A stretch of 64,000 nucleotides of DNA from Lama guanicoe (taxonomy: Eukaryota). A model generated the notes under the pieces. The model was not told the origin of the DNA and did not search any database. It saw only the letters and a program-made list of their open reading frames with translations. Both the position numbers and the translations under genes were made by a program. The DNA is taken from positions 3,230,151-3,294,150 of the forward strand of contig MU054001.1 in NCBI GenBank assembly GCA_013239625.1, given 5' to 3'. Every line of letters starts with the position of its first letter. Positions within the stretch are counted from its first letter, which is position 1. Shown here piece by piece: positions 24,766-36,380 of the stretch.

Positions 24766-24890
24766 AAGGCCTAGAACAAGAGGTTACAAGCTAGAGACTC
24801 TGAGTCTTTTCTGTAACCCTTCTCTCTTCCCTCCCCCCACCCCCAAGATGAAGTTCTTGCATTTGGAGATAAAAATTTAATGAGTTTTTT

Positions 24891-24925
24891 GTTTTGTTTT
24901 GTTTTGTTTTGTTTTGTTTTGTTTT
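24891..24925. repeat. (GTTTT)7 microsatellite
   Basis: Read directly. Confidence 0.95.
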
Positions 24926-26383
24926 TGATACACTGTAGCTATATCACCCTTTTGGGTTTCCTCAATTTATTTTTTTCTAGACTTCTTGGGAGTCAAAATC
25001 GAATTCAAACTCAGACCTAAGATCAACACTGATGGGATTTCCTGATTAACAATGACTTAGAGCTACATTTCAGACCAAGAAATGGGATACAATTCTTGAA
25101 GCATTCTACCCACATCACTTGGTTTTCTTTCACTCAATACATTTTAACAAGAGAAATGGAGTCCATATGCTTCTGATCCACCTTCTCAAGAGCCATCAAG
25201 ACACTGTTTTATTAGAGCAATTTGATGGGGCATTTTATCTACTTCAATGAGCCTTTTGATGTCCCTTTTCTTAGTCATGGAAAATTGGGTTTGCAGAAAA
25301 CAGAAACGTATCCCTCTCATTCCCCACATCCAACAAGGAAAAAAAAATGGAAAGGCTTCCAAGACACAGAAAAGTTAGGGAAACTGCTCAGGGGTTTTCC
25401 TAACTGACTAAATTATAATGTCTTGATAAAGGAAGAAGACATCAGAAAAACGTTAGTGGTGGGATTCTGCTCTCGACTGATTTTGAAGAGGATGTCCTCA
25501 TTTCCACCTGAGGCTGGACTTCTCCAGCTATTTCTCCTTTCCAAAATGCTCTGGTGGAGGCTCCGGGGGTCGGAGAGAGACTCACATGCATAGAAAAGAC
25601 ATTTCAGGAAGGAGAAAAGAGTTTCATCCTGATGATTTGAACTTCTGCTTCTCACTACATGTTATGTCTGGAGGCCTTCCATGAGACCCAGCAAACCTTT
25701 CACCTTTTTGGATTGGGAAAGACCCTGGAGACCATGCAAATTTGAATTTTGACCATCATTTATTTCTGTTACCTGTGCAGAGACCTATTTACACTTCTGT
25801 GTAGAAACACATGTTTGAGGATGCACATGCGTGTGGTTTCCATGGGAACATGCTGCTCTGAAACAGCGACTTTTACTCAAGAGCAAGTCATCACATTTGG
25901 AGAGGGAAGAAATACCCCTAGCTGCCTTTGTTGGGACTTGCAGCCCATCATAGAGTTACCCCATTCATACTTTCTTCATCTGCTCAGGTAAGTTCTGCTG
26001 ACCCATTGCTTATAGAAATGGGGCAGGAGTAAGAGTCAGAGCAAGAGGTTTATGGAATTGTTGGTCAATTTGGAGACATAAAGACCCTTTGTTGCCATTT
26101 TCTTTTAGTCCAGGTCTATTGTGGGAGCACTTTCTGTGTGGCCAGGCTTTGCTGTGACTGCTGAGATGGGTGAGGAACAGGAGAGAGTGGTTTCACCTTC
26201 CAGCAGCAAGAGCAGAGGGGGGAACACAATGAGTGGTCGAGCACATAATAGTCACAAGATTGTCCAAGACTGTGTTTTGCAAAATTGTGAAAATGGATGA
26301 GGTGAAAGATCACCATCACTCAATGTAGAAAAAAGATGTTTTAAGGAGAAGACCAATAGGTTACCCTGAAAATGTTACTAAGA

Positions 26384-26548
26384 CAAGGCCATTGTGTGGG
26401 TAAGATGAGAGAGACGCGTAGGGCATGACATTTAAGGAGGACTTCACCCTCCAGCATCCACTCTGCATTTGCAGGACCCTAAAAGTGAGTGTCTCCTTAA
26501 ATTTTGTACCCTGGATGCCTCACTCTCTGTACCCTAGTCCCACCACTA
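26384..26548. mobile_element. MER96-like palindromic hAT-Tip100 MITE
   Basis: catttaaggaggacttcac...gtgagtgtctccttaaattttgtaccctggatgcctcact...ccctagtccc, with long imperfect inverted arms. Confidence 0.8.
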
Positions 26549-26804
26549 CATGGGAACTGTGACCCTTTGACCTTCCCAAACTCCTCCTTAAAAGGACAGG
26601 ATCAGTCTCTCTCTCACTGGAAAATAGGAATTATATTTTCCTTTGTGTGACCAACACTGGCTTGCTATTCACCAAGCTATTTTCTTTGTTGTTGTCAGCT
26701 TATTTTCCTACAGATGAGAGAGGTGTGCTTGGAGATGGGGGCTATTCATGGAACCAGGAAAGCCCATTCATTGGAAAAGAAGCTGAAACACTTAGGCTGC
26801 CTGA

Positions 26805-26980
26805 GACTCCCCACATGCATAATCTCATTTCATTCTCCCAAAAATCTTAGGAAGGGAGGGCCACGATCACCTATTTTTACAGTTCAAGGAACTGAGGCTT
26901 GGGAGAAGGTTGAATAACGTTCCCAATAAATGCCCAATCCAGGACTTAAACTCTGGATCCAGACCCCATCTTTACCACCA
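26805..26980 (-). mobile_element. MIR SINE
   Basis: aatctcatttcattctccc...ggaactgaggcttgggagaaggttgaataacgttccca. Confidence 0.7.
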
Positions 26981-27886
26981 TGGGATGCTGAGTAATGACC
27001 TTTAGCTGCTTAAGAAAGGGAGCTAGAGAAAGGAAGTGGAGGGGGTGGGAAAAAGGAAAGTCATCCAGGGAGGAGGGAGGGAAATAATACATCTGGAGGC
27101 CAGACAGCACCTAGAGAGGAAAAATCCCCGTTTTGCAAGACTGGAGCAGGAAAAGGGACCAGTCTTGTGGTATCTGGTGGTGTACTGGTTTCTGAGCGGC
27201 CTCTCTGCTGACCAGAGTCTCTCCCCCTTCCTCATGTCAGCCGCCCAAACCCAGGAGGGTAATCTCATATTCCCTTCTTTCCACCTGTTTCCTCTGCAGC
27301 TTGAGGAGTCGCCCCCCTGCCCCCCACGGCCTGGGGATGCTTCATCTTCCCCTGCGGTCCCAGTCCACACAGGGCAGACTTAGAGCAGAGGGATGTCAAT
27401 TGTGCTTGAACTGCTCAATCACTGCTGACATTTCGTTAACCACCCTGTGAACTTCTCCAGCCCGAAGTAGCAGCAACTTGTGCCCTTGAAAACTGAACAG
27501 AAAACAACCATATTGATTTTCTACTATCAACAAGAAAAAGACCGTTGCTCTCCAAGGAGCCTGTTCGTAATGCATTTCACACCCCTTCTTCTCGCAGACC
27601 ACCTCCTCCTGACATGGCACTAGGCCTCTGGAACCCCCTGCTATTTTGGACTCTAGAATTAACCCTGAAGTGGCAGCACCATCTCCAGGCTTCCCGGCCC
27701 TAAGATGGCAAGGAGTATGAGTGAGGTACCTGAATGGGCATCCTGCTTTCTGTGGGATGGGCTCACTTAGAAATCACGAAGGCACTGGGGTCTGGGGTGG
27801 GGGAAGTCAGGGGTGATGGGCTACAGGAATCCATCACTGTAATATCATCCTCTAAAAGAGCATACTGTTTTGCTTTATTAAAGGCA

Positions 27887-28101
27887 AGGGAGTTTGGAAT
27901 TAACAAATACACATTACTATACATAAAATAGATAAACAACAAGACCCTACTGTATAACACAGGGAACTATATTCAGTATCTTGTAATAACCTATAATGGA
28001 AGAGGATCTGAAAAAAAATTGATATATATGTACAACTGAATCATTTTGCTGTACACCTGAAATTAACATGACACTGCACATTAAATATACTTCAATTTTT
28101 T
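27887..28101 (+). mobile_element. Cetartiodactyl-type L1 3' end (tail continues at 28261-28280)
   Basis: ggagtttggaattaacaaatacacattactatacataaaatagataaacaacaagaccctactgtataacacagggaactatattcag...gctgtacacctgaaa. Confidence 0.9.
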
Positions 28102-28250
28102 TATTGTTTTTTTTGGTGGGGGGGTAATTAGGTTTATTTATTTATTTATTATTTGCTTATTTATTTATTTTAATGGAGGTACTGGGGATTGAACTCAGGA
28201 CCTCATACATACTAAGCATGCAATCTAACACTGAGTCATTCCCTCTCCCA
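28102..28250 (-). mobile_element. Camelid Vic-1-type SINE inserted antisense in the L1 tail, 10-bp TSD
   Basis: ggggtaattaggtttattt...tggaggtactggggattgaactcaggacctcatacatactaagcatgc...ctgagtcattccctctccc; TSD tcaatttttt at 28092-28101 and 28251-28260. Confidence 0.9.
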
Positions 28251-29019
28251 TCAATTTTTTAAAAATAGTTTTAAAAAAGCACTAGTAATGTCCAGATGAA
28301 TTCTTGAAGATATAGAAGCATGACTGTATCCTGATCAAATTTAGTAAGTTTTATCATGGATGCAACCATTCTGGTTTAGTCAAGGCCCAAGGTCTCACTT
28401 GACAGTTATGATTCCAAATTTCCAGACCAAAAAAGAAAAAAAAATTACCAGATCTTTATTTTTCTTTCAGCCTGTGTTATATCTCTGGCACGTTCTAATA
28501 GCTTTATTTCTGATATTTCCTACACAGCAAAAAGGAAGTGTGAGGGGCCAGAAGAGATACAAAAAGCCTGAACCAGCAAGGCTGACCCTCTGGGACAACT
28601 GTAGTGTCAAAATCAGTCAATATTTATGCCTAGCAACCTTGACAATATCCTTTTAATTAAAATCAATGGAGAAATAAAACATGCATTAGAATGCACTTGG
28701 GATCACTCACCTCATGAGACAGAAAAGACTCCAACGCTATGCACAGTGTGATTATGACCCACACATGTCCCTCTGCTTGGGTGTTTGCGTCTGGATCTCT
28801 TCTTTCAAGGGCCTTTTTTATTCTGTGCTCCCGTTTTGGGCTTTTTGTTTGGTTGTTTGTTTTTAAATTTCATTTCATTTGTTGAGATATATATAAAAAA
28901 TAACTCTTAAGAAGTTCGGTAACACATTCATCAGGTCAAATTGTAACGTAGATTTGATGGGGAAATTGAAAACATGGAGGAGGGACCACAGGGATGGGAA
29001 GAGTGGTGCGGTCGGGGCA

Positions 29020-29140
29020 GCTCAGCTTGTAACCAGCCAGATGACCTTGAGAGGGTCATAGGCAGTCTCTCTGAGCCTCAGCTATATCTTCTATAAAATG
29101 AGATGATTAGATGTTATTCTAAAAGTTCTTTCCAGCTTTC
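29020..29140 (+). mobile_element. MIR/MIR3 fragment
   Basis: tctctctgagcctcagctatatcttctataaaatgagatgattagatg...aagttctttccagct. Confidence 0.7.
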
Positions 29141-29184
29141 TATGAATATTCTATTAGACTAATGGTGTTACATTTAAATTATCG

Positions 29185-29375
29185 TAGCCACTGCTATTCA
29201 TTGAACACTTCCCATGTAGTCTTTACCACGAACCTGTAATATAGGTTTTGCTATTATTCCCATCTTATGGATGAGGAAACTGAAGCTGGAGGGACAGAGT
29301 CACTCTCCAGTATCACCCAGCTGGTTGATGGCAGTAGTTGAGGATGTCCAAAGCCAAGCACTTCACGTTGCCCCA
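29185..29375 (-). mobile_element. MIR SINE
   Basis: ctattattcccatcttatggatgaggaaactgaagct...tcacccagctggt. Confidence 0.75.
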
Positions 29376-30189
29376 CACCACCTCCTTGAATCTACGGAGA
29401 GTGAAAGGGGCTTAGGTCTGAGAGATGCCGTCTGTTTTACCTCCACGGACTTTGAAAAGTCTTTTCCCTGCCCTGTCTGGCCAGCAGAGGTTTCTCTAGA
29501 GCTCACCCAGCTTGGGGTAGATCCACTGAACCTCAGGCCACTTCCACTGGTTCAGAGTTCACCAATCAGGAGCCAGAAGAACTTCCCTGTTCATCCAGAT
29601 CTGATTTCAAAGCCTCCCATGCAGGCAGGCTTAACAATGACAGGTTAAGTTGGTCCAAGAATAGAAGACAATTTAACACTGTCCTCTCTGGCCCGGCTCA
29701 GGCAGATTAAACACCAGATATTTGTGCTTTATAAAATCCAAACGTCACAGAGGTATTTTTGTTTGTTTGCTTTTCTCATGCAGCTTGGCTCCTCTCGGAT
29801 TGCAGACAGCCGCCTCTCTGGGGCTCCCAGGAAGACTGTCACGTTGTTAAAGGCTTCCCTTCCTTATCTCACTTCCTAATCTCCACCGGGGGATTTGGGA
29901 GGCCTCAGCACTGGTTTTTCCTCTTCAAGGGCCTGCTAGTGCTGGACTAATTAATGAAGAGGGCCTGGAGATAAGTTCCTTCAAAAGTTATGGAATGTTC
30001 TAATCAGACAGGCAAGCCAAGGCTTGACCTCCGGGTCAAGGGGTCGCTCTCAAATAATACGATGAATTCAACGATTACTGTCATTTTGGGTTACTCCAAA
30101 GGGGTGAGAAGAGAGGTTAAAGCAGGCCCTGAAGGGCAAGAGGACATCCGTGTTTCTGCTGCGAGATGATCAGTTAAAGGGCATTCTTC

Positions 30190-30246
30190 TTTTTTTTTCC
30201 TTTTTACCTTAAAACATGCATTTATGTATGTATGTATATATGTATG

Positions 30247-30277
<31 letters not shown>

Positions 30278-30323
30278 TTAAACTATAGTTGATTTACAAT
30301 TTTGGGTTAGTGTCTGGTGTACA
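30190..30323 (-). mobile_element. Short L1 3' tip whose tail has become a (TATG)n microsatellite; 16-bp TSD
   Basis: ctatagttgatttacaattttgggttagtgtctggtgtaca; TSD ttaaagggcattcttc (30174-30189) and ttaaaggacattcttc (30324-30339). Confidence 0.85.
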
Positions 30324-30594
30324 TTAAAGGACATTCTTCATGTATTTCCAAAGTCTTCAAAATCCAGTTGTGCTTTCAATGGTTCTTACCTTGTCAGTTT
30401 CTATTCCTAGAAATTCCTCACGAGTTTCCTCCTCCAGGTGTTTTCTGTCGCTGGCTCTGTGACTCAGCCTTCTCCTCCACCCTCATCAAGCTCGTTGTTT
30501 TTCCCCACTCCCCAAGTAGTCCTATTCATCTTTAAGAGCTTATTTTAATTATGAAATATTTATAATGTATGTTTGTAATGATTGACCATTTTCT

Positions 30595-33532
30595 CCTTCA
30601 GAGAAGATGGCATAGATGTGCGAGTCTCTATTTCTCCTGCTGAGTACAACTGAAAAAGCCTCAGATGTTACATATAAAACCAGTACAAGAAGACTGTAAC
30701 AGGTGGAGAGGGGGAGGCAGACTGGCTAGGGACTTTGAGACCCAGGGAACAACATGGTGGTGGGTTCCCGGGGCTTTCTTGTTGCCTTGCACATCCCAGA
30801 CTCAAAGCTGAGGAGGCTGGCACACTTGAATTGTCAGTGATACAGATTAAGCAAACTTGCTTTCTCTAGCCAAGGGACCAGGAAAGGGGGAGCCTGTAAG
30901 ACAGAAAACGTTTAGACAGTAAGCACTCTACTCCAGCCAAACACTACAGGAAAAAAAAAAAAAAAAGTGGTGCCACCCCACCCAGCAAAAGCCAAGGGGG
31001 AACTTAGGTGGCTGGAATAAGGCACCCCAGTACTCCTGCAGAGGTGGTGTCAGAGAATACCAAGTACGGAGCCAGGGCTTTCATCCTTGCCCGGTGGTAA
31101 TGAACAGCTCCCTCCCTACCCCACCACAATGTCAATGGAGACCAAATAGAGAGCCTGGACTTGTTCCTTTACTCAGCAGTAATAAGGAGCTTTTCCCCAC
31201 TCCCCTCTAGGATGGTTTGAAAGGAGGCCTAGTAGAGAGTCAGGAGTTGTGTCACTGCACTGCTGCTGCCAGGAGGCCAACTGCTCCACTGTGATGTCAG
31301 TGGAGAGACCCTGTGGGAAGCAGTAAAGAAGCACTGTCACCCTCTCAGCCACAGAGGTGTTAGTGAAGGTCTAGCAAGGAGCTAGAACTCCAAATCCCAC
31401 TCCGCAATAACTGGGAATCACACACACATATGCACAATCAGAGGTTAATGGAAATCAAATGGAGAACCTGAACGCCTACCCTCACCTAGCAATAACAAAC
31501 CAGCATTTCCCCTTTCCTTGCCAGAGCACTGTCAGTGGAAACTGGCTAAAACAGAAGGAGTAAGTAAGATCCTAGGTTTTATAACATAACACTTGAAATG
31601 TCTAAGTTTCAATAATGAAATCACTCATTATACCAAAGAGCAGGAAGATCTCAAATTGAATGAAACAAATGCAATCAATAGATGAAAATACCAAGATGAC
31701 AGGAAATTATCTGACAAAAATTTTTAAAACAGGTATAATAAAAATGTTTTAACAAATACATATGAACTTACTTGAAATAAATTTTAATAATAGAAAGAAA
31801 GTAAAAAGAAAATCTCAGCAAAGAAAGAAAAGATATAAAAAGAAACCAAACAGAACTTAAAAAATTGAAACATATACTAACCAAAGTAACAAACTTAATG
31901 GATGTGCTCAACAGCAGCATGGGAGGAACAAAAGAAAAAGTAAGTGAACTTGAGGATAGAACAATTGAAATTGCCCAATGAACAGAGATGTAAAAAAAAA
32001 ATGAACAGAGTCTTAGAAAGCAGAGCGATTATAACAAAAGATCTAATATTCATGTCATCAAAGTTGCAGAAGAAGAAGAGAAAGATACTGGGGTTGAAAA
32101 AGTACTTGAAGAAATAACGGCCAAAAAAAAAAAAAATCCCAAATTTAGCAAAAGACATAAACTCTCAGATTCAGGTTAAACCTCCCCCAAAAAATCCACA
32201 CCAAGATACATCATAATCAAACTTCTAAATTAGTCTAAAGACAAAAAAAGAAATATTAAAAGCAGTGAGAGAAATATAATCTTACCTGAAAAGAAAAAAA
32301 AATGAACAATTTGAATGAAGCATATTTCTCATCAAAAATCAGAGAAAGTGACAGAGCATTTTCAATAACTGAAGGGAAAAAAAAAAACTATCAACCCAGA
32401 ATTCTATACCCAGTGAAAATATCCTTCAAGATTCAAGGGGAAATCAAGGCATTCTCTGACAAATAAAATCTAAGAGAATTTGTTGCCCACAGATCTACCA
32501 AAGAAGAATGACTAAAGGAAGTTCTCCAAACAGAAAGAAAATGATAAGAAATATTGGAACATAGGGAAGGAAGAAAGTATACAGTAAACAAAAATCTGGA
32601 TAAACACAATAGATATTTATTCTCTTTTTGAATTATATATATTATGTTTGATATGGTTCTAAATGTATATAGAGTAAATGTTTAAGATAATTATAAGTAA
32701 GGAGAGTGAAAGGACATAATGGAGGATAGAGTTTTTACCGTTTACTTTCACTGGTAAAATAACACCAGTAAAATGGATGTATATATGATGTAATACCTAA
32801 AGCAACCACTTAAAGTGTTACAGAAAGAGAAACCAAAAACACTACAGATAAATCAAAATGGAATTCTACAGAAAAGCTTGACTAACCCATCACAAGGCAA
32901 AGAAAAGAAAGAAAATGGAGAAACAAAAACAGAGAGAACAAACAGAAAATAAAATGATAGACAAGGCCTAACATATCAACAATTACACTAAATGTAAATG
33001 GGCTATATAGCAATTAAAAGAGACTAGTAAAATAGATTATAATATGTGAACAAACGCTATACTGTCTATAAGAACTGACTTCAATTACAATGATATAAGC
33101 ATACTAAAGGTAAAAGAATGGGGGAAAATTATACAAATATTAAGACAAATAGAGAAATAGTACTATATTAACATTAGATAAAGTAGAATTCAGAGCAAAG
33201 AAAATGATCAGAAACAGAAAAGGACACTATATGATAATAAAAGGGACAATTCACCAGGGAGATAGTAATTCTGAATGTGTATTTACCAAACAACAGAGCT
33301 ACAAAATATTTGAAACACATCTGATAGGACTCAAAGAAGAAATAGACATAGAAATAGTTGGAGACTTCAGCATCTCTATCTCTCAACAATTGATAGAACA
33401 ACTAGTCAGGAATTCTACAAAGACACAGGAGAACTCAATAACACTATCAATAACATTTAGAGAACACTCCAGCAGAATCCATATTTTTTTCTAGTGCCCA
33501 TGAAACATATACCAAGATGAACCTTTCCTGGA
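30595..33532 (+). mobile_element. Ancient L1 (L1MCa/L1MD-like) 5'UTR, ORF1 remnant and ORF2 endonuclease remnant
   Basis: 5' end gaagatggc...gagtacaactgaaaaagcc...aggtggagagggggaggcagactggctagggac; ORF1-like caacccagaattctatacccagtgaaaatatccttcaa; ORF 33204-33494 GHYMIIKGTIHQ...EEIDIEIVGDF resembles L1 EN motifs GHYIMIKGSIHQ and IVGDFN. Confidence 0.85.
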
Positions 33533-33985
33533 TCATTATTCATAATTGCCAAAAAGTATCTATTAGCTGATGAATGAATAAACAAAATTTGGTATAATCC
33601 ATAGAGTGGAATGTTAGGTAGCCATGAAAAAGGAATGGAGTGCTGATACACGCTACATCATGGTTGAAAATATTATGCCAAGTGAAGGAAGTTAGGTAAA
33701 AAAGTTGCATACTGGATGATTCCAGTTATACAAAATGTCCAGAAGAGGCAAATTCATACAGACAAAAAGCAGATGAGTGGTTGGCAAGGGGTGGTGGAAG
33801 GGGAAGGAGAATGGGAACTGGCTGCTAGTGAGTATAAGGTTTCATTCTGAGGTGATGAAAATGTTCAGGGACTAAATGGTGGTGGAGTTTGCACAATCTT
33901 GTGAATATACTAAAAACTACCAAATTGTACACTCTAAAATGGCAAATTGTATGGTTTGGGAATTATATCTCAATAAAAAATTTAA
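33533..33985 (+). mobile_element. L1MB7/8-like 3' end
   Basis: tattcataattgccaaaaag...gtccagaagaggcaaattcatacagac...ggtgatgaaaatgttc...gtgaatatactaaaaactacc...gaattatatctcaataaaaaa. Confidence 0.9.
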
Positions 33986-34099
33986 AAATGTAAGAAAACA
34001 ATGAATTGTACACTTAAATGTAAAACATAAAACTATAATTGAAATGCATATCATATATATTATAAATACATATATTTTCACTGATATACAAATACATTA

Positions 34100-34240
34100 C
34101 TCATTTTTAAGATAAAATACAAAAAGTGGAAGTTGAGGAGGAGGTAACATTTCAGTTTTGCTACATAATGCCAAACTATTCTCCGAAAAGATTGGACCAA
34201 TTTATTCTTGTCCCTTGACAGTACACGAAAGCCTCCAACT
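34100..34240 (-). mobile_element. L1ME fragment
   Basis: aaagtggaagttgagg...ttttgctacataatgccaaactattctccgaaaagattggaccaattta. Confidence 0.55.
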
Positions 34241-34939
34241 GCAGGACATAACAAGATCAGATGTATACTTTAGAAAGCTCATCCTAGCAGACAAGTAAAC
34301 GTCCCAAAAGTAGCATAGAAATAGATGGTGTTCTGGAAGATGTGTACATCTGATGACAAACACGCAAACAGTTGTGGGTCTAGTGAGTGCCAAATAGTGT
34401 GCAGGGTACCAGGATCAGTGCGTCTCTTGATCCAAACTGAAGGGCTACACTCAGACATAGCACCGGCCGAAGGCACACACAACAGATGCTACAGAAGTTC
34501 TGGCTGCCATCCCAGTCTGACTTCGCTACAGAGAAGCTTATGATTCTTTCAAAGTTACCCACAAAAATAAAATGGGCAGCTACTTTGATTATGCCATCTG
34601 ATGACACAGACTTACAAAAGAAAATAAGGTATCTGGTTTCCTGCTATCCAGGAATCTTGAGACAAGAACTCTGAATGATCTGCGTGCATTTAAAATAAAT
34701 GTTTTGCTGCAGCACAGTCCAAAGGCTTGGTAAATTTAAGCACAGTTGCTCGGGAGGCCCGAGCCACAGCTGGAAGTTTTTCTGAAACACACCTTCCCTT
34801 GTTCCCGCCCCTCCGCATCCCCAGTGACGTCAGGTCTAGGAAGAGACCACATTTCCCAACATCACCCCACCTGGAGGGAGTGGACAACTCACAAGCACGC
34901 TGTCTTTCCACCTGTATTTCCAGACCTCAAAGCGCATAT

Positions 34940-35700
34940 TCTCCTCTCGATAATATTAAAACGAGGGAAAGCATTCGGCATGAAAACATGTTTTAACTGT
35001 ATTTGTAACACTCAATAAATAAATTACAGGTTTTATATCATTCAGAGAGCGCTGCCAGTGATTTATTCAGTTATTAACTTCGCACGCTTGGGAGAATGAA
35101 TTAAATGCCGGCCCATGTTGAAGGCTTGTGGATTGTTCAGCCAGAATAGGCTACTGAAAAGTTTGGGCAGCTCTGCAGGCATTTCAGGATGAGCAAGAGC
35201 AGTTTGGTAGAAGCCACGGAGGGGAAGATGATTCTGTCCTGTTCGTTTATAGCAGCTTATAAATTCCATAAAAGGGAAATGAATTATGCATTATTGGGTT
35301 TACATAAGGTCACCCAGTGAACTTTGACCCCTCTCTTTTCTCATTTGGCTCAATTATTAGATGAAATGACAGATTTGATCTCTTTTCAAATTGTATTAGA
35401 AAGGGTCTCTTTATTTCACCCTCTAGCAGCAATCGGCTGACAGGACCAGGCAAGTGCATTAATTATGATTGATTTAGAGTGTCTATCGGGTGATTATTTC
35501 TAGAATTCTACTTCTGAGCCAAAACCTTTTGACCTATTTCAGGCCACACAGCAAATTAATCCATGAGAAGATTTAAGGGGAGACTGTTCAGGACAGCAGG
35601 TTCCCTCCTGTATTTGCGATCAAAACATTTAAAGACACTCCAGGCAATCCAGAAGGATTGAATTACTGGGACATGCCATGGTGAAGACATTTAACAAACT
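34940..35700. promoter_or_regulatory. Strong candidate deeply conserved developmental enhancer
   Basis: Repeat-free; TGATTTAT (35059-35066), TGATTGAT (35466-35473), TGACAG (35367-35372 and 35438-35443), DR1 TGAACTtTGACCC (35318-35330), CCATAAAA, many TAAT sites; retained CpGs. Confidence 0.6.
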
Positions 35701-36224
35701 GACAACTCATTTGAGAAACATCTCATGTATAATAAGCAAAAATGGCTCTGAATTAGCCCCCCAAAGAGGAAAGAGCAAAGAAAAACTTTTTTTTACGCGT
35801 TTGTGAATTTGTCACCATTGGAGTTTCACGGTGACATGTCTGTTGTCGAGACATTCAATCTCCCTCTCAACTTTCCAGTGGATTAAAAATGACAGTACTA
35901 ATTAAAGAAGTAAAGAGAAGAGACCACTGTCAGTTGCAATGCATAGGCTTGAATTATAATAAGGTTCAGATGAGGAGGAGAAAGAAAAGTTGGGGAGGTA
36001 ACAGCATTAGGAGTTTCTAAGTAATGGAAAAGCATCCTGTGGATAAATTCCACTTAGGAAGAGGGCTTTTAACCAAAATTGCCATCACTGTTATTGGATC
36101 ACAGTAAGGATTAAAGGGAAGAGTCATCTAGCATTGATGCCAGCCAATCAATTAACTCAGTCCCACTGCCCGCTTTCCAATGCCCCCAGATGGTAAAGAA
36201 GGAGTTTGCACAAGGACAGAGTAA

Positions 36225-36380
36225 ATTCTGTCTGTGTGACCTAGGGCAGGTGAGTTGACCTCTCTGGTCTCTGCTCTTTTTTCTAGGAGCCACAAAAAAT
36301 GCCTATCTCATTGCTGAGTTGTAGTGAGAATTAGAGACCATGTGTGTTTAGAGGAAGAAAAATATTTTACTACTGTTATT
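36225..36380 (+). mobile_element. MIR SINE
   Basis: tgtgtgacctagggcaggtgagttgacctctctggtctc...gttgtagtgagaattagagac. Confidence 0.7.

Noticed and set aside
26384..26548. Long hairpin as a pre-miRNA or structured ncRNA
   Set aside because: Explained by the inverted arms of a MER96-like MITE; no expression evidence
33204..33494. ORF with endonuclease-like motifs as a functional gene
   Set aside because: It is a frameshifted, decayed L1 ORF2 fragment, with the GDFN motif degraded and no reverse-transcriptase region downstream
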